This document shows, piece by piece, positions 18,022 to 27,585 of a DNA stretch of 43,995 nt. The stretch's first letter is position 1. Each line of letters starts with the position of its first letter. Where the stretch lies: positions 1-43,995 of IMG/VR virus record IMGVR_UViG_3300009678_000081, one strand, 5' to 3'. Under the pieces are notes generated by a model. That model had not been told where the DNA came from. It searched no databases and saw only the letters and a list, made by a program, of their open reading frames with translations. Both the position numbers and the translations under genes were made by a program. The DNA is from a virus. Its lineage: Duplodnaviria > Caudoviricetes.

Positions 18022-20160
18022 CTACACCAGTACGAGGTCGTCGTCGTAGGTCACTACCTCACCGTCCGCGCAGACGACGTTGAGGTCCGTGGCGACTTGC
18101 TGACGAGTCACCGTGGTTGAGGGTGTGAAGAACAGGCCGTTCAGGTAGTGCTCTACGGCACCGGCTTCCACGGCGGTCATCAGTGGGCCAGTCGTGAACT
18201 TTAGTGGGGCCGTCGAGGCGGCCGTGGTACCAGCCGCGAGATGGAGCTTGGCCGTGATCGCCGAGACGGTGCTTGGATTCCAGCCTATAGCCGTCTTGTG
18301 GGCGATCTTGCTGCCCATGTTCGTAGGGGCGATAGCGCAGTTCAGGAACCACTTGTTCGCGATCGCCGCCGTGATGCCCGATACAAGCCTGATCCCCGAC
18401 CAGGTTGCCGCGTTCGCGTTATTGCCGAACGACGCGCCGATGTTGATGACCGCCACGTCAGTAGTAGCGCCAGTCCACGAGCCGGCTAAGTTCGTGCAAT
18501 GAATCGCCGCCATCAGCGTAGTGGTAGACGCGAACGGGTTCATGATTAGTTCGACGCCGTACAGGTTCGTAAGTACCGACCCCGCGGTTGTACTGCCCGT
18601 GGCGCTTATGTTGCTGCCGATGATCTCGCCGGCGCTACCACCACCTGAAAACCCTACGGCGAAGTTCAGGCCGTAAAGGCTCGCCGTTATCCCTACCGGG
18701 ACAGTAGGAGTGACACCTCCACCGAAGCCCGCGAGTGAGAAGTTACCGGCTGCCGATGCTCCGAATGCGACTGAGGGCGTGATATAGACCAAATTGTACG
18801 CCGTCGAGCCGGCAGGGGCCGCAAGAGTGGCCGTGATACTGGTGAGTGGGGCTACGCCCCCGAGCGCAGCGTAGTTGGCTGCGGTTGCGCTATCCGAGAT
18901 TACCTGACCACCGGAGCGCCCGGCCAGTAGTAGGTACTGCGTGTGATCGTCGCCGGTCGTGAGCCCGCCGAGCGAGCTATGTAAGGACGTACTCGTCAGC
19001 GGGCCCACAAAGGCACCGTCAGAGCCCCTGATGTACGAGAGGACGGCCGTGCCGCCCGCGTCCAGGAAGTTGAACGTGTCCGCGTACGCGAAGATGTCGT
19101 CGTCGATGAGTTCGATCTTCGCCGCAAGGTACGTATCCTGGGACGCGAGCCGGAGGAATCCGTCTGGCGCGGGGACTGCCGCGAGCGCGAGGAGCGTCGA
19201 ACTGTAGAACCCGCCCGCGGCGCCGAGTTGCGGGTCCGTGATGTTGGCCGTGAGGGCCGCGATCTGGTACTCGCCGCACGACCCCACGTTCCCCGTCCCG
19301 CCCGCCGTGATCGAGCCGTTGTGGTCTAGCCCGTTGAAGCCGCCCGTGGGGGTGTATGATCCGATGACGGTCGAGCCGGCTTGGCCCTTCCCCGTCGCTC
19401 GGAAGAATAGGTACTGTACGCCGGGCGTGAGCCCGCTGATGCTGACCGCGGACGGCTCAGGGCCGACGGCCCCGAACTCCCCCAGAGAGACCGTGCCGGC
19501 GACGATGAGCGTCCCGGCCGCGATCGTGAAGCGGTGGCTACTGATCGCCATCGCTCCGATAGAGCCCGTGTACGTGGCCTCGAGCGTGTGCCCACCGGCG
19601 GTGAGGGCGGCGGTGACGGTGCAGCGCCAGACGCTCTGGCAGCACCCGTTCCCGAACGAGTCCGAGTACGTGCGCTCCACAATCTTCGTCCATGTGTTGC
19701 CCTGCGTGTCCGTGATCGACGAGTGGTTCGAGGTAGACGTGTCGAGGTCGTTCGCGAACGGGAGCGTGACGAGGTGGAGGATGATGACGTCCCCGACGGC
19801 GGCGCTCGTGTCGATCGCGATGCTGGACCACGTCGCCGTCGCGGCCTTGCTACTCTCGGATGTGAACGCGCCCTCGACGGCCCACTGATTGATGCTCCCC
19901 GGGTCGGGGACGTTGCTCCCGTACGCGCGCTGTCCGCCGGCGCGCCCCGCGAGGAGGAAGTACTGGAGGTGGTCGTCGTCCCCTAGACCCGCGAGTAGGC
20001 CGTGGTCGTTGAGGGGCTGGCCCGACCCGGACGGCGAGTTCCCGAGGTCGATCTGCCGGAAGCCCGCCTGGGACTGGGCCGCCATGAGGTCGAGCTTCTT
20101 GATTAGCTCGTAGTCCCTCCGGTCCATGTCCTTCGAGGGGAGTAGCGCAATCCTACGCAC
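18022..20160 (-). CDS. Tail fibre / receptor-binding protein
   Basis: 712 aa, G/S/T/A-rich, two H..L.GL..DDH.QY.LLAGR.GGQ repeats; follows the nozzle gene. Confidence 0.75.
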   Translation of the reverse strand: MRRIALLPSKDMDRRDYELIKKLDLMAAQSQAGFRQIDLGNSPSGSGQPLNDHGLLAGLGDDDHLQYFLLAGRAGGQRAYGSNVPDPGSINQWAVEGAFTSESSKAATATWSSIAIDTSAAVGDVIILHLVTLPFANDLDTSTSNHSSITDTQGNTWTKIVERTYSDSFGNGCCQSVWRCTVTAALTAGGHTLEATYTGSIGAMAISSHRFTIAAGTLIVAGTVSLGEFGAVGPEPSAVSISGLTPGVQYLFFRATGKGQAGSTVIGSYTPTGGFNGLDHNGSITAGGTGNVGSCGEYQIAALTANITDPQLGAAGGFYSSTLLALAAVPAPDGFLRLASQDTYLAAKIELIDDDIFAYADTFNFLDAGGTAVLSYIRGSDGAFVGPLTSTSLHSSLGGLTTGDDHTQYLLLAGRSGGQVISDSATAANYAALGGVAPLTSITATLAAPAGSTAYNLVYITPSVAFGASAAGNFSLAGFGGGVTPTVPVGITASLYGLNFAVGFSGGGSAGEIIGSNISATGSTTAGSVLTNLYGVELIMNPFASTTTLMAAIHCTNLAGSWTGATTDVAVINIGASFGNNANAATWSGIRLVSGITAAIANKWFLNCAIAPTNMGSKIAHKTAIGWNPSTVSAITAKLHLAAGTTAASTAPLKFTTGPLMTAVEAGAVEHYLNGLFFTPSTTVTRQQVATDLNVVCADGEVVTYDDDLVLV

Positions 20161-23100
20161 GGTTGCTCTCCAGGCCGTAGCCCTCGCCGAGGAGGGTCGC
20201 GTAGTGGAGCCTGAACGCGGCGTTCAGGTCCGCCTTGGAGACCTTCAACTGGAAGGACTCGGCCATGTTGTCTAGGTCGACGCGGACGAGCTTGTCGTCC
20301 GTGAGGGTCGTAGCGTCAGTGGTGAAGTCCGTACCGGTGATGGTCGTGAGGTTCTCGCCGATGTTCTGCCGGACGTGGGCCGCGGTGCATACGCCCGTCG
20401 TCGAGTTCCCGTACGCGCCCACGCGGAGCCAGCACCGCTCGAGGCGCGCCTCGCCCCCGATGTCGTTCGGGTAGATGAGGCGGGAGCGGATGTCGGGCGT
20501 GATCGTGACGAGGGTGTCCGCGGACGTGTTCCCGCTGTCCTCGAGGTAGACCTTCCCGTCGGAGAGGTTCCCCGTGAAGAGCTTCGAGACGCCGTTGAGG
20601 TCCGTGTGGACGGCGCTCTTCGCGCGGACCTGTACGGGCCCGACCGCGGCGAGACGCCCGCCCGCCTTGAGGTGCGACGGGTGGTAGCTGAAATAGAATG
20701 CGCGCGTGTTGTAGGCGCCGCCAGCGGGCGTGTAGTAGAGCGCGATCAGGTCTAGCTCGGGGTAGACCTCGAGTTGGCAGTTGTTGAGGTTCGCCCTCGA
20801 GAAGGTCGCGGCCCACGCGAGGTCCTCGTTCGCGGGCCAGCACGTGATCCCGTCCGTGAGCATGAGCGCGTTCTGCGAGACGTACGCGGCCACGATGCCC
20901 CGCCCGGGGAAGTCGAACGTGACGACGCCCCGCTTCGAGACGCACCCGTGGTTGACCACGACGTCCTCCCACGCGCGCCCGCGCTGCGCGTCGGCGTCGG
21001 ACTCCACGGGGAAGTAGTTGAGGCGCTTGATCGAGTCCCGGCAGAAGAAGAGCCCGATCGTCCCTAGGCGCCGGATGACCATGATCTTCTCGCGCCGGCG
21101 CGTGGCGACGTTGATCTTGTACAGGGAGGGGAAGTACTCGTAATCGTCCGGCACGCTAGCCCATGCGACCCCGTCCTGCGTGAGGTCGTTCACGATAAGC
21201 TGGCCCTCGATCACGTCCCCGGTGTCGCACGAGGGCGGTGGGCCGTTCGCGCCGATCGTGATCGTCTCGCCGATCTGCGTCGTGAATAGGACCGTCCGGA
21301 ACTCCTCGCCGTCGAGGTTGACGTCGACGCCCGAGAAGAAGACCTTGACCTCGACGCCGTCGATGTAGTGCCGCTGGTAGATGGCGCTCGCGGCGCGGAC
21401 GACGTGGAGGAGGAACGTCCCGTCGACGAAGTCCTGGAGGCCAGTGTTCCACGTCCGGCCCCACGTGTCGCCGTTCCCACCGGCCGTGATATACGCCATG
21501 CGGAGGCCGCCGGTGGTCTCGCTCGAGCCCTGTCCCGTCCGGTTGCCGACGTTAAGCTTCTGGTTCGTGTCGGCCCCGCTCACGGTCATCTTGATGTTGA
21601 AGCCGCGGTCCTCCCCGGACGCGTCGGCGCCGAGTTCCGGCCCGTCCCACATGTAGCGGATGCGGACCTGGACGCCGACGACTTGCCGGCCGGAGTACGC
21701 GGTCGTGTTGATGAATCCGAACGTCTGGAGCCGCACCCCCATCGAGCCCGCGTTGTTGGGCGTCTCCGCGAGGTTCCCGTCCACACTCTGGCCTGGGCCG
21801 AACGTGACGGTCGCGCTCGAGATGGCGGCCGTATGGGGCTTGTCGAGGGTGATCGTGTTCGGGGAGCCCGCGAGGGTCGAGGCGACGGTAGCGCCCGCGG
21901 CGATCCCGTTGAAGTAGACGGGCATCCCGACCTTGACGCTTGTGATGCTCGAGGACGTCGTCAGGGTGAGGGCGTCTTCTGCCCCAGTGCATCCCGTCAC
22001 CGTGACGGCCGCGGCTCCCAGGAACCCGGCCGCGTTCGCGAACGCGATGTACCCGGAGTTGTCCTGGGCGGACGCGGAGACGAAGGCCGTCGCCGGGTTC
22101 GCGTCCTGGACGTCGAACGTAGTGAGGGCGATGTCCACCGTCGCGACGCGCCGGAACAGGTGGAGGGACGGGATAGGGCTCGTGAGGGGCTGGCCCGGCG
22201 ACATGTAGATGCGCCAGTGCGTCGCGAGGTTCGTCCCGTTCGTCCCGTCGTTGTACTTGAACGTGGTCCCGTCGGCGTTGCGCGTGATCCGCACGGCCTG
22301 GGACGTGAAGTCCGCGATCGTCACGAACTGCGGGTCGCCGTCGAACGTCCCCTCGACCTCGTCCGGCGAGTCCGGGTTGAAGACCTCCGTCACGAGGAAG
22401 AAGTACGTCGCGTTACCGAGGTTCTGGGGCCACGTCCCGCTGATGCGCTCGGCCCGCATGTTCGTCACGGGCTGCATCCCGACGAAGCGCGAGGTGAGCG
22501 TGTTCGTCCCGGAGACGTCCTTGTAGTAGACGCGGCGCGGCTTGTTCCCGGGCGAGAGGACGAGGTACGCCTCGTTCTGCTTGATCGCCTCCGCGTGCTC
22601 GTCCCCGCTCCCGTTCTGGAGCCCCTCGAGGAAGGACGTGAACGTCCCCGTGTCCCCCGTGTAGGCGGACGAGTAGAAGCGGGAGTTCGCGTACGCCATG
22701 AGGGCGTCGGCGTTCCCCGCGTCGAACGTGAGGTAGAGGACGGCCTTGATCGGGGACGAGATGACTACGGTCTCGGTCCCGGCCGTGGACGCGACGTCGA
22801 GCGTGAGTTGGGACGCGGAGTCCACGCTCGCGATCGTGGCGTTGGCGCCGGTGAGGGCGCCCTTGACGAACATGAAGGGCTCGTAGACGGAGAACGTGAG
22901 CGTCACCGTCGCCGAGGCCGTGGCCGTCTTCGAGAGTTCGATCTCGCTCGTGCTGGTAAAGGACGCGACGTAGGTATTGGCCTGGATGCCTGACCCGTAG
23001 ACGCGGCGCCCCACTAGGGCGGACGTGAAGAGGGCCGCGGACGTCACCGTCCGGTCTCCGATCGCGGTCGTGCTTGAGAGGTCCGAGCCGAACCCGTTCG

Positions 23101-23314
23101 TCTTCGTCGCGGTCAGGCCCGAGAGGACGACGCTCGTGACCGTGTCCGCGTGTACCGTCCCGTAGACGGCACGACCCGGCGCCTTGAAAATCGCCGGGTC
23201 GTTGGGTCGGTAGATGCAATCGTCTGCCTTCGCGACCTCCCCTTCCCCGAGGAGGGAGGCGTCCCGCGCCGTCACGACGCCCTGATGGAACATCTCCTTG
23301 AAGGGGGTGGCCAT
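20153..23314 (-). CDS. Tail nozzle/tubular protein (P22 gp10 / T7 gp12-like) with inserted domains
   Basis: 1053 aa, beta-propeller-like C-terminal pattern (HGCVSKRGVV, AYVSQNALMLTDG); follows the adaptor gene. Confidence 0.65.
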   Translation of the reverse strand: MATPFKEMFHQGVVTARDASLLGEGEVAKADDCIYRPNDPAIFKAPGRAVYGTVHADTVTSVVLSGLTATKTNGFGSDLSSTTAIGDRTVTSAALFTSALVGRRVYGSGIQANTYVASFTSTSEIELSKTATASATVTLTFSVYEPFMFVKGALTGANATIASVDSASQLTLDVASTAGTETVVISSPIKAVLYLTFDAGNADALMAYANSRFYSSAYTGDTGTFTSFLEGLQNGSGDEHAEAIKQNEAYLVLSPGNKPRRVYYKDVSGTNTLTSRFVGMQPVTNMRAERISGTWPQNLGNATYFFLVTEVFNPDSPDEVEGTFDGDPQFVTIADFTSQAVRITRNADGTTFKYNDGTNGTNLATHWRIYMSPGQPLTSPIPSLHLFRRVATVDIALTTFDVQDANPATAFVSASAQDNSGYIAFANAAGFLGAAAVTVTGCTGAEDALTLTTSSSITSVKVGMPVYFNGIAAGATVASTLAGSPNTITLDKPHTAAISSATVTFGPGQSVDGNLAETPNNAGSMGVRLQTFGFINTTAYSGRQVVGVQVRIRYMWDGPELGADASGEDRGFNIKMTVSGADTNQKLNVGNRTGQGSSETTGGLRMAYITAGGNGDTWGRTWNTGLQDFVDGTFLLHVVRAASAIYQRHYIDGVEVKVFFSGVDVNLDGEEFRTVLFTTQIGETITIGANGPPPSCDTGDVIEGQLIVNDLTQDGVAWASVPDDYEYFPSLYKINVATRRREKIMVIRRLGTIGLFFCRDSIKRLNYFPVESDADAQRGRAWEDVVVNHGCVSKRGVVTFDFPGRGIVAAYVSQNALMLTDGITCWPANEDLAWAATFSRANLNNCQLEVYPELDLIALYYTPAGGAYNTRAFYFSYHPSHLKAGGRLAAVGPVQVRAKSAVHTDLNGVSKLFTGNLSDGKVYLEDSGNTSADTLVTITPDIRSRLIYPNDIGGEARLERCWLRVGAYGNSTTGVCTAAHVRQNIGENLTTITGTDFTTDATTLTDDKLVRVDLDNMAESFQLKVSKADLNAAFRLHYATLLGEGYGLESNRA

Positions 23315-24228
23315 TACGTCCTCCAGGGGTCGATCGGGTACGAGCGCTGGACGAGCCGGTCCCCGTAGACCTCCATGCTAGATTTCATGCGGACGTCCTC
23401 GTCCTGAATCTCTTGGTCGTCGGCGTTGGCCGCGGTCGTGTTCCTCGAGGCGAGGCCGCCGAGGATGTCGATGCGCGGGTCGTTCGAGTTCAGTTGCGAC
23501 AGGAACCAGACCTTGCAGTCGTCCAGGAACGTGTAGAGCAGGTCGTCCGGGATGTCGATCGGGTCGGCGGCGCCGTCGATATTGCGGTAGTACTTGAGGA
23601 GCATATTCTCGGCCACGTCCGGGGCCATGTACGCCTTCATGCGCGCGCGCTGGTCCGCCGCGGTGAAGCCGCTGCCGGAGCCCGGGGACGACGGGCCGAT
23701 GCCCGTCAGTACCTGCGTCGACTCCTGGTCCACGACCTTCCGGTCCGCTTCGCGATCCCGGATGATCTCCATCGTGCGCTTCGACGTGAGGATGCGCGCG
23801 GAGTAGAAGTCACTGAAATCGTGCGGGAGGTAGTAGTCTCGAACGCCCACGAGGATCGGGATGTACGCGGCCATCGTGAATGCCTGCGAGCCCATCGTCG
23901 CGTTGCTCGAGAGCGTGAAGACGGTCAGGCTAGTGATGCTCGCGATCGTGGCGCCTGCCGCGAGCCCGCCCCCGCTCACGCCCTGGCCGACGTTGAGGCC
24001 GGCCGTGCTCGCGACGGTGACTACAGTCCCGACGCCGCCGCCCGCGTCCGCCACTGTGCCGGTGACGGAGCGCGTGACGGCGTTGTCCTTCTTGAGGAAC
24101 TCCCACGTCATCTTGGACCACTTCTCGGCAGTCGCGAGGATCGCGTCGCCAGCTAGGGCGAGCTTGTTCGCGTCGCCCTGGGCCCCGGCCACTCGGGCGA
24201 TGTAGATTTTCGCGTTCGCTAGGGTCAC
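23314..24228 (-). CDS. Head-tail adaptor protein with an inserted beta module
   Basis: MTLA...I...W.FLKK, G.RDYYLP.DF, PD......KYYR and DIPDDL motifs typical of phage adaptor proteins. Confidence 0.65.
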   Translation of the reverse strand: MTLANAKIYIARVAGAQGDANKLALAGDAILATAEKWSKMTWEFLKKDNAVTRSVTGTVADAGGGVGTVVTVASTAGLNVGQGVSGGGLAAGATIASITSLTVFTLSSNATMGSQAFTMAAYIPILVGVRDYYLPHDFSDFYSARILTSKRTMEIIRDREADRKVVDQESTQVLTGIGPSSPGSGSGFTAADQRARMKAYMAPDVAENMLLKYYRNIDGAADPIDIPDDLLYTFLDDCKVWFLSQLNSNDPRIDILGGLASRNTTAANADDQEIQDEDVRMKSSMEVYGDRLVQRSYPIDPWRT

Positions 24229-25640
24229 TTCTTGACCTTCCTCGCCTTCACGGCTTTGCGCTTTGCGCGCGGTACCTTCTTCACCTTGGGGGAGGCCACT
24301 GCCGCGGCGTTGGCTTCGGCGCGGAGCCGGTCGGCCTCGGGATCATAGGGGCACTCCTTCATCTTGCGGAGGCGCAGTTCGTGGTAGAAGTCGTAGAGGG
24401 CCGGGACCGTCTTGAGGTAGTGCCTGTTCTCGAGGACCCAGGCCTTGCCGCCGGCCGCGACTTTCTTCCGTAGCTCGGTGTTCTTGATGAGTTCCTCGAG
24501 GTTCGCCGCGAAGGACTCGGCCGCTAGGCGCTGGTCCTTGTTCGGGTCGTAGAGAAGGCCCGTCTCGCCGTCCACGATCTCCTCGTTGTACGGCGGCATG
24601 TCGGGCGCGAGGGTCGCCTCCGGGCGCGGCCCGATGGAGCCCTCGTAGAACTTGATCGCGCTCTTCGACCTCGAGAACTCGTCGTCGCGGAGGACGCAGA
24701 TGTTGATGTCGCAGTCCAGGATCGCGCGCTTCGTCTTGTAGGCCTCGTACGGGACCCACGGGTGAATCTCGAGTTGCTTCTCGGGGATCGCGTCCGTGAT
24801 CCAGTTGAAGACTTCGCCGAAGATGACGAACGTCACGTGCGGGTACTTCTTCGCGATGTACGTCATCGCGGGCTTGAGGGCGAACCAGTCGCTCATGTGC
24901 GAGCCGCCGCCCTGCCAGAGGACGCGGATGTTCTTCTTGCGAGGGACGAGGTTCGGGAAGTACCAGTCCTCCGGGATGATCGAGTTCGGGAAGACGTGCG
25001 TCTGCGGGTACCCGTTCGTCTCCTGGTGGTACTTCGCGAGCCACTTGCTCGGGGTCGTGAAGGCGTCGCACTTCCGGACGAACTCGTGGAGCTTACGGTT
25101 CCAGTTCTGGTTCCGCGTCACGTCGAAGACGAAGCCCTTGTCGCCCTCCGTCACGCCGTCCTGCCACATAATGATCTTGCGGCCGTCGTTGAGGATGGTA
25201 CCGACGGAGTCGCCGGGGTTCAGGAGGTCGCCGGCCTCGGTGCGGACGCCGTAGCACGCGTACGTGTTGTTGAACGGGTGGACCCAGTCGAGGTTGTCGT
25301 CGATGTCATACACGAGCGAGGGAGGGTAGATCATCTTCCCATTGATCGTGCCGGTCTTCATGCGCCTGCACGATTCGATGAGTCCCTCGCCGGACTCGGG
25401 CTCGCACGCGTAGAAGAGGTTGATGTCGGACGTGAGCATCGAGACGATGGACCGGCGGTCCCTCACCTCGGGAATGTGGTGGTGCTTCCCGCGGTCCTCG
25501 AAGCACTCGGCGAGGCCGAGCTTCATGAGGCCCATGAACGGGACCTCGATCCGGTAGTAGACGCACGCGGAGTAGTCGCCCCTCGCGGGGGCGTACGTGT
25601 GCATCTTCCAGTCTGGGTGCGGCTGGAACTTCTCGCTCAC
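24225..25640 (-). CDS. GT-B fold (GT4-like) glycosyltransferase
   Basis: YRIEVPF, YDIDD, DAFTTPSKWLA, VFPNSI, WQGGGSH..DW, KS.IKFYE, IVDGETGLL; GTG 25640 with AAAGGA RBS. Confidence 0.8.
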   Translation of the reverse strand: MSEKFQPHPDWKMHTYAPARGDYSACVYYRIEVPFMGLMKLGLAECFEDRGKHHHIPEVRDRRSIVSMLTSDINLFYACEPESGEGLIESCRRMKTGTINGKMIYPPSLVYDIDDNLDWVHPFNNTYACYGVRTEAGDLLNPGDSVGTILNDGRKIIMWQDGVTEGDKGFVFDVTRNQNWNRKLHEFVRKCDAFTTPSKWLAKYHQETNGYPQTHVFPNSIIPEDWYFPNLVPRKKNIRVLWQGGGSHMSDWFALKPAMTYIAKKYPHVTFVIFGEVFNWITDAIPEKQLEIHPWVPYEAYKTKRAILDCDINICVLRDDEFSRSKSAIKFYEGSIGPRPEATLAPDMPPYNEEIVDGETGLLYDPNKDQRLAAESFAANLEELIKNTELRKKVAAGGKAWVLENRHYLKTVPALYDFYHELRLRKMKECPYDPEADRLRAEANAAAVASPKVKKVPRAKRKAVKARKVKK

Positions 25641-25657
25641 GGCATTCCTTTCTGGCC

Positions 25658-26005
25658 CTACTGGGCCTTGGCGACTGCCTTGCGACGGTAGTCGCACGCG
25701 CGCCCCATCGGGGTCTTGAGCCACTCGTAGAACTTGCGTTTGTCCGTCAGAATCTCCGGGTCGACTCGGAGGATGATGTTCGCGACCTTGAGCGGGATGT
25801 GCGCGACCTTCTGGATGCCGAAGTCCTCCGAGAATCCACCGACGCCCGTGAACTTCCCGCGGCGCGTGATCTCGTTGTTCATCCGGCTCAGGTTCTCGAT
25901 CGCCTCGATGTACCCGCCGAGTTCCGGCGAGCGGTCGTCCGTGAAGACTGGCTCGAACACCTCCTCGAGGAGCTTCTTGTCCGCGGGGGCGAGCGCCAGC
26001 TTCAT
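25658..26005 (-). CDS. Hypothetical protein (head module)
   Basis: 115-aa ORF, GGAGG RBS, ATGA coupling. Confidence 0.65.
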   Translation of the reverse strand: MKLALAPADKKLLEEVFEPVFTDDRSPELGGYIEAIENLSRMNNEITRRGKFTGVGGFSEDFGIQKVAHIPLKVANIILRVDPEILTDKRKFYEWLKTPMGRACDYRRKAVAKAQ

Positions 26006-26202
26006 CCGCGACCTCCGCGCTTGATCATGTTCTCGAGCATGTCCTGCGACGCGCCCTGCGCGGCGTCGTTGCCGGCCTTCTTCTGGCGGTGCATCTCGCG
26101 CTCGCCGGCCTGTCCGCGCGCGCCGGTCTGGCGGGCCGTGAACGTGCCCGACGAGAACTTGTTCGCGCGCTGCTTCGGGGTGAGGTCTTCGTTGCGGGGC
26201 AT
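26002..26202 (-). CDS. Small basic hypothetical protein
   Basis: ATG 26202 with AGGAG RBS; MPRNEDLTPKQRANK... Confidence 0.6.
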   Translation of the reverse strand: MPRNEDLTPKQRANKFSSGTFTARQTGARGQAGEREMHRQKKAGNDAAQGASQDMLENMIKRGGRG

Positions 26203-26210
26203 CGTGTCTC

Positions 26211-26474
26211 CTACATAGGTCCTGCGTCGCCGCTGCGGCCGGGGACGCGGTTGTTGTCGACGGGCATCGAGATCGGGTTGACCGTGACGCCTGGGGTGCT
26301 CGGGTTCGAGCCCTGGCACTCCGCGCCGTTGGGGCCGACGCCCGACGTGGGCGCGCCGACCATGCTGTCTACGGAGACGTCAGGGAACAGCTTGGTGCGG
26401 AGGATGGCGCCCGCCGGGGGAGTCTTCCCGGACGAGGGCCCGTACGTCTTGGGACCGCTCTTCTGATTCGGCAT
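26211..26474 (-). CDS. Small Pro/Gly/Ser-rich protein downstream of the capsid gene
   Basis: 87 aa, GGAG RBS. Confidence 0.6.
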   Translation of the reverse strand: MPNQKSGPKTYGPSSGKTPPAGAILRTKLFPDVSVDSMVGAPTSGVGPNGAECQGSNPSTPGVTVNPISMPVDNNRVPGRSGDAGPM

Positions 26475-26573
26475 CGTTGTCTCCGTTGGAAGTATTGGGG
26501 GTGCGCGCGACGCACCATCCGAGGGCCGCGTTTACGGGGCGCTGTGCCCCTTCCCTCCCCACTACTCGTTGGT

Positions 26574-27572
26574 CTAGGCGTCGCCCAGGAGCGCGGCGTT
26601 TTTGTTGTTGATCGACTTGATCATGCCGTCGGCCTTCTCGTTGAGGACCTCGAGGCATCCCTCGCCGACCACGATTCCGTTCACGCTATCGCCGAGCTTC
26701 CCGACGTAGTCGTGATGGACGGGATCGAACCACGCCCACCGATTCTTCGCACGCTCGAGGATGAACATCGTCCCCCGAACGTCCGTCGCGGCGCCGGACG
26801 CGGCCGTCGTCGTGTTCGTCGACTGCGGCACGTGCCGATCCAGAACGATCGCGAGCAGGCCGAAGTCGGAGTCGAACATGTCGATGCCCTGGATCAGCTT
26901 CTTCTCGGCCGCAGCGATGTTGCGGTTCTGCTGCACGAGCGTGAAGGCCGACACCTGACGCTTCACGGCCGGGGACACGAACACCTGATCGGGGTTCCCG
27001 CCCGCCGTGTAGATCGTCTGGAGCATCGAGTTGAAGTCGTTGACGGTCAACTGACCCGCCGTCGCAGCCGCGCCAAGCGAGGCCGGGTACGCCGTGTTGC
27101 TCGTGATGAAGTTCTGGAAGCCCTTCATCACGCGCGCGGTGCCCGTCGCGCCCGTGGCCGACGTCAGGTTCGCGAACACGCTCGTCTCGATGTCGGTGGC
27201 GAGTTCCTTCGTCGCCTTGTCGATCTCGTGCGTGTAGGTGTTCCCGATCGCGGCCGGGTTGGCCTTCATCTGAGTACGCGTCACGCCGATGTCCTTGCGG
27301 AAGATCATCGAGACGTTGGTGACGCGCGTGGGGGTCGTCGACGTGACGTACGTGTACGCCGCGCCTTCGATGGCGCCCGTGGTCACGGGGCTACGGAGCG
27401 TGTCGACGAGCCACTGATGCAGCACGGACTGCGCCTGGGTCTTCGGCGCCTGGGCGAGCCAGGGCGTATCCCAGGGGGTCTGGAGCGTGTAGACGTCGAT
27501 CAGGTCTTCCCTGTTGACGTCGTTGCTCTGGCCGCCCAAACCATATTTGTATGAGCCAGCAGAAACGGACAA
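26574..27572 (-). CDS. Major capsid protein (DUF5309/SU10-like HK97 fold)
   Basis: NREDL.D......P.DTP, HQW..D.L, EGA, R..N...IFRK...VT.T, KEL..DIE, DFG......DR motifs; TTG start with GAGGT RBS; follows the scaffold gene. Confidence 0.9.
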   Translation of the reverse strand: MSVSAGSYKYGLGGQSNDVNREDLIDVYTLQTPWDTPWLAQAPKTQAQSVLHQWLVDTLRSPVTTGAIEGAAYTYVTSTTPTRVTNVSMIFRKDIGVTRTQMKANPAAIGNTYTHEIDKATKELATDIETSVFANLTSATGATGTARVMKGFQNFITSNTAYPASLGAAATAGQLTVNDFNSMLQTIYTAGGNPDQVFVSPAVKRQVSAFTLVQQNRNIAAAEKKLIQGIDMFDSDFGLLAIVLDRHVPQSTNTTTAASGAATDVRGTMFILERAKNRWAWFDPVHHDYVGKLGDSVNGIVVGEGCLEVLNEKADGMIKSINNKNAALLGDA

Positions 27573-27585
27573 GTTTGTTACCTCA

